Below the pieces are notes generated by a model, which made no database searches, was not told the DNA's origin, and saw only the letters and a list, made by a program, of their open reading frames with translations. Source: an uncultured virus (IMG/VR IMGVR_UViG_3300027976_000026) (taxonomy: Duplodnaviria; Heunggongvirae; Uroviricota; Caudoviricetes; Straboviridae). Taken from it: a DNA stretch of 20,000 nt. Of this stretch, positions 7,628 to 16,363 are shown piece by piece; position 1 is the first letter of the stretch; the number at the start of each line of letters is the position of its first letter. The translations under genes were made by a program, and so were the position numbers. The stretch lies in IMG/VR virus record IMGVR_UViG_3300027976_000026. One strand, 5' to 3'.

Positions 7628-8532
7628 AGTGACCTATAGAGCTTTTTGTATGATTTAGAATCTTCGTAACTTCCTCTAGTTCGATGATACAAAATATCTT
7701 CACATCCTAGGTTTTCTGTCAATCCAAAATTTGTTTTGTATTTAGAAGTGTTGTAATTCAATGGGTATACTAGGTCTGTAAACCCTCTGTTGTTCATAAA
7801 GAAATCTTTTGAATCATATGATTTGCTTTTTTCCAAGTCTTTTGGATCAATGTAAAATGAGATCCAATTTCCTTTTCTTTGTTCATTCCAAAGCCATACG
7901 TTGCAGCCAGCGTCAAATATTCCAGAGGGATTTGGAAATGATTTTCGATGCTCTGGCAGATGTCCGGGAATTAACCAGCAATCTCCAACTGAAAAAACAA
8001 ACTCACTGGGATCGGATTCCAACATAGAAGTCTGAGCTTGAAATCCTCCAAGCCAATTCGGTTCTGGAAGATTAATTCTTTTCGTCATGCAATTTATGAT
8101 ACAAGGGCAATATTTGTATGATTGCCCTTCTGCATTAAAATGACTGATGCCGATTAAGTTCAAATCATATCTGTTGATCAAATCAAGATATGTTTGATCA
8201 ACAGACGACAACAAGAATATGTCTGGGTCACTCATCCAGACATATTCTTGTTGTGCATATCCTATCGCTTGATAGAGTCCCATCGCATGATCGCAAATCA
8301 TCTTCTGCCAATTGATTTCTCGTGGGCAAGGCGGATCAAATTGCTTCATTCCATAAAGGCGAAAATCAATTCCGAATTTAGACCATGATCTTACGACTCT
8401 ATTTCTTTTGAGGTCTGTTTTAACAAGAATGACTTCTTTGACATGCTTTGTGTGTCTGCACAAAGTGTCGGTCAATATTTCTAAATAATCTTCGAGATTT
8501 TTACTGATGACAGCAGAGCAGAAACTGATCAT
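7615..8532 (-). CDS. Glycosyltransferase-like protein (GT-A fold)
   Basis: N-terminal Rossmann-like strands, HAMGL, YVWMSDPDIF (DxD) and late D-x-G / H motifs. Confidence 0.55.
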   Translation of the reverse strand: MISFCSAVISKNLEDYLEILTDTLCRHTKHVKEVILVKTDLKRNRVVRSWSKFGIDFRLYGMKQFDPPCPREINWQKMICDHAMGLYQAIGYAQQEYVWMSDPDIFLLSSVDQTYLDLINRYDLNLIGISHFNAEGQSYKYCPCIINCMTKRINLPEPNWLGGFQAQTSMLESDPSEFVFSVGDCWLIPGHLPEHRKSFPNPSGIFDAGCNVWLWNEQRKGNWISFYIDPKDLEKSKSYDSKDFFMNNRGFTDLVYPLNYNTSKYKTNFGLTENLGCEDILYHRTRGSYEDSKSYKKLYRSLYQV

Positions 8533-8554
8533 CTGATAAAAGAGTCAGATGAAA

Positions 8555-9073
8555 CTATTCTGACAATACCATATCGTAATTTTCAAAATCAGATAAAAAC
8601 ACTTCTGAAGCGTTAAAGATTGAAATTTCTCCAAATCGATCAAAATCTGAAATTGCTTCTACTATTTGCAAATAGGGATATTTGCGATCTATGACTTTGT
8701 AAACAAGAGGCAAATCATCATCGTCAGGTTCAATAATCTCAATGTCAAGATCATTTCCTAAATGAAATTCATCAATTCCAATCAGATTGTTTTTAATTAT
8801 CGAATTTGACTTTCCATATTCTTCGTCGCATCTTTTCCAAAATTCAAAAGATGCTTGCTCTTCTTCATTCATTTTCATGAACGGATTTTTTTCAGGTCCA
8901 TTGTTGTAATTGAAAAACGGCTCTAACAATGGAAGATCTTCTTCTTTCCAAATAGACTTGTTTTTATCAAGAAATTCTTTTAGATAGAGAAAGAATTTCA
9001 ACTGATCTTCAGAAGATCTGATTAATTTTTTAATTTTCATGAGTTTTGGATTGAGAAAGGATTCAAGGAGCAA
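8555..9073 (-). CDS. Hypothetical protein (172 aa)
   Basis: Long ORF in a minus-strand operon. Confidence 0.65.
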   Translation of the reverse strand: MLLESFLNPKLMKIKKLIRSSEDQLKFFLYLKEFLDKNKSIWKEEDLPLLEPFFNYNNGPEKNPFMKMNEEEQASFEFWKRCDEEYGKSNSIIKNNLIGIDEFHLGNDLDIEIIEPDDDDLPLVYKVIDRKYPYLQIVEAISDFDRFGEISIFNASEVFLSDFENYDMVLSE

Positions 9074-9455
9074 GACGATTCATTGTAGCTGGATCTAATC
9101 CAGAACGCAACCAATGCTCTTTGCATCTGCGAATATCAGCGTCAATATCGTAGTCAGTTCCATTGATCTTTGCATTTACTGCGTTAGCGATTAACATTCC
9201 TGTGTCATCGGCATGACACAATCCAAATCTGTTTACCATGTGTTGGTGAAGAGGCGTTTCTTTTTTCCATAAACCAAGTCCATTTCTGATTGACATTCCA
9301 GCGTTAAAATGGAACTTCGGATCATTAATTGAATTTGGATTAATTGTTGCTGCAACAAAATCTACTGCTTCTTCAAAAGTTGTTGGAGTTTGAAATTTTG
9401 GCTTCCGTCTCCAACTGAAAAGTTTTTTTATGAAAGAAAGGTTGAATATGATCAC
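9063..9455 (-). CDS. DUF6794-like protein
   Basis: HFNAGMSIRNGLGLW...HADDTGMLI motif pattern. Confidence 0.6.
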   Translation of the reverse strand: MIIFNLSFIKKLFSWRRKPKFQTPTTFEEAVDFVAATINPNSINDPKFHFNAGMSIRNGLGLWKKETPLHQHMVNRFGLCHADDTGMLIANAVNAKINGTDYDIDADIRRCKEHWLRSGLDPATMNRLAP

Positions 9456-9739
9456 TGTGTTTTCTCCTGTTCGTAAACATAGAGTGTAAATTTGATCAAT
9501 CCATCAAGTTCTTCAAATGAAACTTCTGTTCCAGCTTCCGCCAATTGTTGTCTAAGAAACTGCTTTTCTGATTTGTTGAGATTGCTGAGTTTTTCAAATT
9601 GTTCTGGATTGTCACGAGATTGTTGGTTTATTTGGAATCGAAAGTTTTCAATGTATTTCAAGAGGATGGAAGCACGTTTTGGAGTGATTTCATAACCTTC
9701 TTCAGCCATCATTTTTCTAAAATCTAACACATAATCCAT
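9452..9739 (-). CDS. Hypothetical protein (95 aa)
   Basis: TAAGGAG RBS and an upstream promoter. Confidence 0.75.
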   Translation of the reverse strand: MDYVLDFRKMMAEEGYEITPKRASILLKYIENFRFQINQQSRDNPEQFEKLSNLNKSEKQFLRQQLAEAGTEVSFEELDGLIKFTLYVYEQEKTQ

Positions 9740-9759
9740 GATATTTCTCCTTAACCAGC

Positions 9760-9788
9760 AGAATACTTTAAGAAAATCAAATTGTCAA
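9760..9788 (-). promoter_or_regulatory. sigma70-type promoter
   Basis: TTGACA-17 nt-TATTCT upstream of the ATG at 9739. Confidence 0.65.
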
Positions 9789-9821
9789 CATGAATTTTTA
9801 GAATCAAAAGAGGCATGAGCT

Positions 9822-10226
9822 TCAATCTTCTGTAAATACTCGTAGCTTAGTAGGATAAATGCGTCCTTGTTCACTGTCATAAGCTTCAATCCTGCCGCAT
9901 TCAATGCCAATTTTTTTTAAAGTTTCTGGCAGTTCTTTGATTTCTCCCATAATCGTCAAAGCTGGCCAATCATCTTTTCTTTGGGACTCAAGACGTTTTA
10001 TGATATTTTCCAAAGCTTTTTGAGCAGATTCATCACATTTTTGCGAAGCCCAATTGCTGGCCCAAATCGTTAAAACTCTTAAACAATGCCAATTTACTTC
10101 AACTTTCGTGTCTTGTGAAATTGCCATGGGCAATCCTGTTGTTTTACAAGATGGACAACATTCTGCATTCTCAATTTCTTCGTCCGAGAATTCAGCCGAA
10201 CATGTTACACAGCGGGTTGTTTTCAT
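9822..10226 (-). CDS. Zinc-ribbon protein
   Basis: CVTC...CCPSC near the N-terminus. Confidence 0.7.
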   Translation of the reverse strand: MKTTRCVTCSAEFSDEEIENAECCPSCKTTGLPMAISQDTKVEVNWHCLRVLTIWASNWASQKCDESAQKALENIIKRLESQRKDDWPALTIMGEIKELPETLKKIGIECGRIEAYDSEQGRIYPTKLRVFTED

Positions 10227-10313
10227 ATCACAATAGAGTAAGAAATAATTAAAGCTGTTTGGTTTTTTTGACGAAGATCTTAGTAGTCCATTTACTTACA
10301 GAAGGAAATAAAC

Positions 10314-11198
10314 ATGGCTACTACAACAAAAAAGACAAAAAAGCAATCAGAAAAGGTTCTTGATATGGTTTCCATATTAAAGCCACAAACTGTCATTGAA
10401 GAAATCGGTGCTCTTCAAAACACTTTGCAAGGAACATTAGCCGGGCTAAGTGCTCAGATCAGCATCAAATTGGAACAAATGAAGAATGTGGAAGATGCAA
10501 TCGTTATTAAGCAAAATGAACTTAACGAATTATATGGCATTGACGCAGAAGCCTTGTCTCTCGAAGAAATGAGAGAAAATTGTGAACAGGAAGAAACTGA
10601 TTGGAACAAAAGATCTTTGGAACGTAAGTCACAATTAGAAGACGATGAAGAAGAACGTACCAAAAGATGGCAACGTGAAGAAGAAGAACATGGATATGAC
10701 ATCGCTCAAAAGAAAAAAAGATCTCAAGAAGAATACAATGTCGAAATCACCACAAGACGAAGAGCAGAATTAATTCGACAAGAAGACCTTGAAAAACAAT
10801 GGAAGACAAGAGAAGAAATTCTTGTAAATCAAGAAAAAGAAGTTCTTGTGTTGAAAGATCAAGTTGCGGGTTTTGACGATAAGCTTAAATCAGATATTGC
10901 CAAGGCTGAAGCGATTGCTGTCAACAGAGTCAAGAAAGACTGTGAGCATGAAGTGGTAATGTTGAAGAAAGATGTCGAATCCGAACGAATTTTGAATGCT
11001 ACTAAAGTTTCAGCTTTAGATGACACAATCAACAACCTACAAACACAAATTTCAGATCTGCACAGGCAATTGGAAACGGCTCGAACAGACGCCAAAGAAA
11101 TCACCAGTGCAGCATTGCAAAGTGCTTCTGGTCGTCAAGCCATGGAAGCTCTTCAAAGAGTCACAGATGGACAGCCATCTACAAACAAGAACAAATAG
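10314..11198 (+). CDS. Long coiled-coil protein (294 aa)
   Basis: E/K/Q-rich heptads; AAGGA RBS; terminator downstream. Confidence 0.8.
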   Translation: MATTTKKTKKQSEKVLDMVSILKPQTVIEEIGALQNTLQGTLAGLSAQISIKLEQMKNVEDAIVIKQNELNELYGIDAEALSLEEMRENCEQEETDWNKRSLERKSQLEDDEEERTKRWQREEEEHGYDIAQKKKRSQEEYNVEITTRRRAELIRQEDLEKQWKTREEILVNQEKEVLVLKDQVAGFDDKLKSDIAKAEAIAVNRVKKDCEHEVVMLKKDVESERILNATKVSALDDTINNLQTQISDLHRQLETARTDAKEITSAALQSASGRQAMEALQRVTDGQPSTNKNK

Positions 11199-11206
11199 TT
11201 TTGTAT

Positions 11207-11238
11207 AATGAAGCCCAACTAAGTTGGGCTTCATTTTT
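11207..11238. terminator. Rho-independent terminator between convergent genes
   Basis: aatgaagcccaact / agttgggcttcatt inverted repeat followed by a T-run. Confidence 0.8.
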
Positions 11239-11252
11239 ATGGATCTGAGTAT

Positions 11253-11723
11253 TTACTGTGGAGTTTGCTTTTCTTTTTTAACTTCTGAAACGACTGGTGT
11301 TAAAGATGCCACTTTTTCACGTGCCTCTTGAATTTGTTTTGTCAGATCTTTGAGTTCTTCACGAACTCCTTTCGTCTCATCTTTGTTTGCTGTGATTCCT
11401 GCTTCCAAAGCCGCAATTTTTTCTTTTTGAGAATTAAGTGATTGTTGCAAAGCCATTAGTAGTTGATCAAAACTTTGAATCTTGTCTTTAGAATAACCTT
11501 GTTCAAGAGCAATTAATCTTTCCTTGAATCCTCCAAATGACTCTCTGTCTTGTCTGATATCAGAACGCAGTTCATTTATTTGAGCCATCAACTCATGTTT
11601 GTTATCACTCATTTCGTTCCTTAAATTTCCGAAAATAGTGATCAACAGCAATGTGATCATTCCAACGACCGTGCCACCGAATATCTTCCAAAACCAAGGT
11701 GAACCTTCTGGATGTTCTGACAT
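11253..11723 (-). CDS. Membrane-anchored coiled-coil protein
   Basis: N-terminal TM helix (IFGGTVVGMITLLLITIF), then coiled coil; AGGAGG RBS. Confidence 0.75.
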   Translation of the reverse strand: MSEHPEGSPWFWKIFGGTVVGMITLLLITIFGNLRNEMSDNKHELMAQINELRSDIRQDRESFGGFKERLIALEQGYSKDKIQSFDQLLMALQQSLNSQKEKIAALEAGITANKDETKGVREELKDLTKQIQEAREKVASLTPVVSEVKKEKQTPQ

Positions 11724-11849
11724 TATTTGCCTCCTACAAGCACAGTATCTACTGAATGTTAATCAAAACTGCCCCGATTCTCCTGAAAATATCTAACAAC
11801 GAATGCCAATCAACATGAAAAAAAATCGAAACAAAATTCGGCACTTGGG

Positions 11850-11878
11850 TTTACAACACAAATTTGTCTTACTACACT
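11850..11878 (+). promoter_or_regulatory. sigma70-type promoter for the 11932-13871 operon
   Basis: TTTACA-17 nt-TACACT. Confidence 0.5.
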
Positions 11879-11931
11879 GAAAACTTGCTCAGACGGAAGT
11901 TCATTTGCATCATTGGTATTTGGAGAAAATC

Positions 11932-12300
11932 ATGGGTGGTGAACGAGAAACAATAGCCCCACAACGGATTGAGAAAGAAACAGGTCCAGAGGTCGTTGGA
12001 TCGGTTCGATATCACGAATCGAAAGGACAAGTACATTTTCACGACGATGCAAAAAAAATGAAAGTTGCCATTCCGGTTGCCACTTGGTATAAAGCTTGGA
12101 CAAACATGTTGTCATCTCTTCCAAATGAATGGCACTATGCCGATGTGGAAAATTGTGCTGTTTTGCACGTAAAGCTGTCTCTCAAAAAGGCAAGTGAAAA
12201 GAAGCGTCGAATCAACCCATGTATTGACGCACTTCTGCACATCGAAAAAATCGATGCCTCTGAAGAGTTTTCAAAACTCAACCAATTCTCTGTAAAGTAG
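11932..12300 (+). CDS. Hypothetical protein (122 aa)
   Basis: GGAG RBS before the ATG at 11932. Confidence 0.7.
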   Translation: MGGERETIAPQRIEKETGPEVVGSVRYHESKGQVHFHDDAKKMKVAIPVATWYKAWTNMLSSLPNEWHYADVENCAVLHVKLSLKKASEKKRRINPCIDALLHIEKIDASEEFSKLNQFSVK

Positions 12301-12308
12301 AGGAAATT

Positions 12309-12662
12309 ATGGGTCGCATCTCACAAGAGTTTTACTGCGGCGAATGCAAGGGATATTTTGCAATTCGACTAAACATGTCTTTAAATCATGAGGTAGAAAT
12401 TGTTTGTCCGAACTGCAAACATGAACATCGCCGTCGTATTGAGGATGGACAAATATTTGAGCGAGGAAGACACATAACTCCCATCTCGGAGAAAATTTTG
12501 ACCAGTATGGCAAATTATTCCAAAACTCCGATTACGCAGAGGATGCGTGATGCTCATGAAAAACAAATTTACAGTGCTCGCAGAGATGGCGTTCCGTATG
12601 AAAATCAGCCAATGATGGAACAATGGCTCAGCGTTGCCGCCAGAGAAAGAGGAGAAGAATAA
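12309..12662 (+). CDS. Zinc-ribbon protein
   Basis: CGEC...CPNCKHEH; GAGGA RBS. Confidence 0.75.
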   Translation: MGRISQEFYCGECKGYFAIRLNMSLNHEVEIVCPNCKHEHRRRIEDGQIFERGRHITPISEKILTSMANYSKTPITQRMRDAHEKQIYSARRDGVPYENQPMMEQWLSVAARERGEE

Positions 12663-13114
12663 TGTCGGATACAAAAGTTAAATATCACGATGCACTTGAA
12701 GCTCAAGGCGAACTTCAAGATCACGATGCACTCGGACTTGATTCAAGTCATCAATGGGTTGTTCCAGAGCCAAGAACAATTGATATCAGCCTTTTAATGG
12801 GTTCTAACCTTGCAACCAAAATAGAAATTCCTGATGGAATACAAATTTTGGAAGATGGTGATTTGAAGCCAAAATCACATCACATATTTCGAATTTTACA
12901 TCCACTCAAGGGTGACGAACGACTTACATGGGATTCCACTAACTTCGCAGATATCAAAGGGGCGAAGAAATTGTTTGTCGATCTGGTCGAAAAAGGATTG
13001 ACTCCGTATCGTGTCGGAGTCAATGGAAAGGCTACTTCTGAAGTCATGGATGAATTTGATCCCACGGCAGAGGAAGTGATCTTTTTGTCTCTACAACTTG
13101 TCGCAGGAGGCTAA
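12662..13114 (+). CDS. Hypothetical protein ending in a di-glycine (LQLVAGG*); possible ubiquitin-like protein
   Basis: TAATG coupling and GAGGAG RBS give a 150-aa product ending EFDPTAEEVIFLSLQLVAGG. Confidence 0.6.
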   Translation: MSDTKVKYHDALEAQGELQDHDALGLDSSHQWVVPEPRTIDISLLMGSNLATKIEIPDGIQILEDGDLKPKSHHIFRILHPLKGDERLTWDSTNFADIKGAKKLFVDLVEKGLTPYRVGVNGKATSEVMDEFDPTAEEVIFLSLQLVAGG

Positions 13115-13115
13115 C

Positions 13116-13871
13116 ATGGTCGGATATGACACAGGATACAGTCTATGTACAACGATAGCTTCTAATTGGAGAATGATAGCTTCTAATTGTGCAACGACAG
13201 CTTCTGCTACTGGCATAAGTTTCTCGAACAATAATGTTGAATTTGAAGTTGAATACGGTAATTGCAATACCTACAAATCTTACAATTACAAAGATTCAAC
13301 AAATACAAACAACTGTTCTTGGGATAATATATCGGCTGCTACTGGAGTTCGCATTAAGTATCGAAACTGGTGGTCAGACAATTATCATTACGGTGCATTG
13401 ACAAAATTAATTGTCGATCCCAAAGATCGTTTGCGTGAGATTATTCAATCTCGTCAAGCTCCTGTGATTCTTACATCACGCAAGCCAATTTTGACACCTA
13501 AAGACATTCGTGAGATGCGTGCCAGAGAGACTCTTTGTCGTGTTCTTGGTGAAGACAAGTTCCAAAAGTTTCTGAAAGACGGTTTTGTTAGCGTTCGTGC
13601 TAAATCTGGGATGGTTTATCAGATCTTCCCCGGAAATAACATCACCAACGTATACAGAGATGGCGAACATATCGAAAGGTTGTGTGTGGTGTTACGAGGA
13701 GAGTTTCCTCCAACGGATTCATTGATAATGCGATATTTGATTATTCTAAACGATGAAAGTCGCTTTCGAGGATACGCCATTAAACATCAAATCTTCATGA
13801 AAAAGCCGAAAATTGCAGCCGATGGAAGATCACTCACAGAGATCTTTAAAGAGCTTAAGAATGTTGCCTAA
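13116..13871 (+). CDS. Hypothetical protein with a low-complexity N-terminus and a globular, Cys-containing C-terminal domain
   Basis: AGGAGG RBS before the ATG at 13116; RARETL...GFVSVRAKSG.VYQI...NVYRDG..IERLCVV...PPTD...NDESRF. Confidence 0.7.
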   Translation: MVGYDTGYSLCTTIASNWRMIASNCATTASATGISFSNNNVEFEVEYGNCNTYKSYNYKDSTNTNNCSWDNISAATGVRIKYRNWWSDNYHYGALTKLIVDPKDRLREIIQSRQAPVILTSRKPILTPKDIREMRARETLCRVLGEDKFQKFLKDGFVSVRAKSGMVYQIFPGNNITNVYRDGEHIERLCVVLRGEFPPTDSLIMRYLIILNDESRFRGYAIKHQIFMKKPKIAADGRSLTEIFKELKNVA

Positions 13872-13876
13872 CATTG

Positions 13877-13907
13877 AAAAGGCTCACGAGAAATCGTGAG
13901 CCTTTTT
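13877..13907. terminator. Bidirectional rho-independent terminator
   Basis: aaaa-ggctcacga-gaaa-tcgtgagcc-ttttt. Confidence 0.85.
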
Positions 13908-13958
13908 ATATCCAAAAGCAACCAGTATTATCGACGAATGTATAAACTAAATCTAATT

Positions 13959-14195
13959 TCATTTAACTTGCGGTTGTTTCTTTCTTTTCTTGTTCTTCGA
14001 GAACTCTTTCTTAATTGGATCACTAAGAAGATCTTTGTGAACATCTCCATGAATTTTAGCAAACGAGTTTAAATGAGTTGCACTGATTGGAGCAAAATAC
14101 AGCGGTGGGTATTGTCCGACCCCATATCCCGGAGGGTACACTCCCAACGCTGTTCTGCTGCCTTTCTCAGACAACCATTGCATAAAATCTTTCAT
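13959..14195 (-). CDS. Small basic protein (78 aa) with a CTS-like N-terminus
   Basis: Start at MKDFMQWLSE with AAGGA RBS; Lys-rich C-terminus. Confidence 0.7.
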   Translation of the reverse strand: MKDFMQWLSEKGSRTALGVYPPGYGVGQYPPLYFAPISATHLNSFAKIHGDVHKDLLSDPIKKEFSKNKKRKKQPQVK

Positions 14196-14205
14196 TGATT
14201 TTCCT

Positions 14206-14544
14206 TTAGTGGTGATGCCCACCAATTTGTATGCCAATTCCAATACCAATTGCAGTGACCCATCCATTTGAACGACATGTTGGACAGCAACCACAATGTC
14301 TATGTGGACTACAAATTATCACTGGTGGTCTTTGAATTATCACTGGTGGTCTTTGAATTATCACTGGTGGTCTTTGAATTATCACTGGTGGTCTTTCAAT
14401 TATCACTAGTGGTCTTTCAATTATCACTGGCGGACGGCAACGTTCGTGTCCATTATCACCTTGATTGTTTATAACAATTGGTGCTGGTTGACATCCAGAT
14501 AATCCTAAAGCAACTGCGGCTAACAGAAATGTAAACTGTTTCAT
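14206..14544 (-). CDS. Putative lipoprotein with PPVII(E/Q)R repeats
   Basis: MKQFTFLLAAVALGLSG-C lipobox; GGAGGTG RBS. Confidence 0.7.
   Translation of the reverse strand: MKQFTFLLAAVALGLSGCQPAPIVINNQGDNGHERCRPPVIIERPLVIIERPPVIIQRPPVIIQRPPVIIQRPPVIICSPHRHCGCCPTCRSNGWVTAIGIGIGIQIGGHHH
14313..14431 (-). repeat. 21-bp coding tandem repeat (about 5.5 copies)
   Basis: aattatcactggtggtcttt(g/c) units. Confidence 0.9.
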
Positions 14545-14596
14545 ATTCACCTCCAATGTGAAAAATGTCTATCCTATATATGCAGCCAAAAAAAAC

Positions 14597-14626
14597 TTGA
14601 TCAAGAACATGCAAATTTGGTATAAT
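14597..14626 (+). promoter_or_regulatory. sigma70 promoter with extended -10
   Basis: TTGATC-18 nt-TATAAT with TGn before the -10. Confidence 0.6.
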
Positions 14627-14645
14627 GACGATCAAGGAGACCATA

Positions 14646-15173
14646 ATGGAAGTCAGAGAAGATCCAAGAAACGTAGATGATCGATACAAATATTGGACAG
14701 AGGAAGCCGTGCGTGCCGACTTACGCACTCACTGCAACAACTTCAGCGTTTTGATCACAAACAAATTCCATGACTTCAACATTGGCAGTGTAATTCGTAG
14801 CGGCAACGCATTTTGTGCCAAGGAAGTCATTGTCTATGGATCTAAACAATATGACAAGCGTGGAACAGTTGGATCTCATCTTTATACGAACATGAAGCAT
14901 GTTCGATTTACAGATGAACTTGATTTAACTGATTCTGTTGTCATTGGTATAGACAATTTGCCGCAAGCTGTGCCGATGGAAAGTTTTATTTGGCCAGACA
15001 AACATGTAATCATGGCTTTTGGTCAAGAAGGCACTGGTTTGACAGACGATATCATTAAATTGTGTGACCATATGGTTTTCATCAAACAATATGGAAGTGT
15101 TCGTTCGCTTAATGTTGGTTGTGCCGCCTCGATTGCCATGTTTTCATATTGTTTACAACATTGCAACGGCTAA
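14646..15173 (+). CDS. SpoU/TrmH family (SPOUT) RNA methyltransferase
   Basis: NIGSVIRS, FGQEGTGL and VRSLNVGCAASI motifs; AAGGAG RBS before the ATG at 14646. Confidence 0.92.
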   Translation: MEVREDPRNVDDRYKYWTEEAVRADLRTHCNNFSVLITNKFHDFNIGSVIRSGNAFCAKEVIVYGSKQYDKRGTVGSHLYTNMKHVRFTDELDLTDSVVIGIDNLPQAVPMESFIWPDKHVIMAFGQEGTGLTDDIIKLCDHMVFIKQYGSVRSLNVGCAASIAMFSYCLQHCNG

Positions 15174-15961
15174 TCTTTCAAGTGTTCTACGATTTTTTCT
15201 GAGTCATAGAAATTTTTAATAGGAACAACATAAACCATATGAGAGATAGGAATTGAAACTGACGATGTCTGAACAGATCTTACAGATCTTACAGATCTTA
15301 CAGATTGTACTAACCCAAATAATTTATTTCCATTGTAAACAGGACCGCCACTATCTCCCATTATTGTCGGAACATTCACACGATAAGTTCCTTTAACGAC
15401 AGTGCCAATTGAATCCTTCAATGAGGTAATTTGTCCGAAATCAAGTCTGAATGGTTCGTTCATTCCACAACCAACTCGACAAACGTGACTTCCGATATAG
15501 ACTTTAGGATTTTTTTCAACATCTGCAACGGAACTCTGTATTTTTGTACGAAACTTAATCAATGCAATGTCTTTTTCTTGATTGTTTACAACAACTTCAC
15601 ATGGATATTCTTTATATCCAACAAGAGTTGACCAATTTTCATAAACTCCAATTCTTACAAACATTTCGTATTTTTCTTTAATTGGATCAATAATTACTGG
15701 AGAAATTTTTGAGTTTAAAGATATAATGAGAATTTTATTAACGGGAACCAAAACATGAGAACAAGTAAAAGCATAGTTTTCATACTGTTCATTCTTTTTA
15801 ACGCATTTTACAATAACGCCAGTACCAATTGATTTTTGATCATTACTCGTTATCATGATTGTCGGGTACAGACATTTTTCATGAAGTTCTTTGTCTGGTT
15901 CATCACACAAAGCAACTGAAGTGGCTAAAACAAAAAAGACAACGATTATTCTGAGCATCAT
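15170..15961 (-). CDS. Trypsin-like serine protease with signal peptide
   Basis: TCSH, DIAL and GDSGGP catalytic triad; hydrophobic N-terminus. Confidence 0.9.
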   Translation of the reverse strand: MMLRIIVVFFVLATSVALCDEPDKELHEKCLYPTIMITSNDQKSIGTGVIVKCVKKNEQYENYAFTCSHVLVPVNKILIISLNSKISPVIIDPIKEKYEMFVRIGVYENWSTLVGYKEYPCEVVVNNQEKDIALIKFRTKIQSSVADVEKNPKVYIGSHVCRVGCGMNEPFRLDFGQITSLKDSIGTVVKGTYRVNVPTIMGDSGGPVYNGNKLFGLVQSVRSVRSVRSVQTSSVSIPISHMVYVVPIKNFYDSEKIVEHLKD

Positions 15962-16003
15962 TTACCAACTTTTGTCAAGGACGTAAATAGATATGTAATC
16001 ATT

Positions 16004-16363
16004 ATGAAATTTGCACATTGGTTAGAATCACAAAGCAACAACAGCAAAATCCTCTTTGGATCATTTTTCAAAGACGGTACAGTGACAGTCTACATTAATG
16101 GGACAAGATATGTCTATATCACTGATGCGTCTCGTCACCATAAGTGGGATAGGGAATTAGAATGGACAAAAAGGAACAGACCTAGAAATTATCAAAAAGT
16201 TGCTTTCAGTTTCTTAAATGAGATTAAAAAAATGATAAGTCTTGGATTCGCCACACAAGAAGAGCCAAAAAAAGAACCAGTTCCAGTTCCAGAGCCACCT
16301 ACTCCAACGCCGTCGATGATGCCTGATAAGCCTAAAAAACCTATTCAAAGAACGCTGTTTTAA
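16004..16363 (+). CDS. Hypothetical protein with a CTS-like N-terminus and Pro-rich tail
   Basis: Begins MKFAHWLESQ; convergent with and abutting the LAGLIDADG gene. Confidence 0.7.
   Translation: MKFAHWLESQSNNSKILFGSFFKDGTVTVYINGTRYVYITDASRHHKWDRELEWTKRNRPRNYQKVAFSFLNEIKKMISLGFATQEEPKKEPVPVPEPPTPTPSMMPDKPKKPIQRTLF

Noticed and set aside
14313..14431. 21-bp repeats as CRISPR repeats or iterons
   Set aside because: No spacers; they are in frame within a lipoprotein gene
15272..15305. 9-bp repeat (acagatctt x3) in the protease gene as a regulatory site
   Set aside because: Simple in-frame slippage repeat encoding SVR
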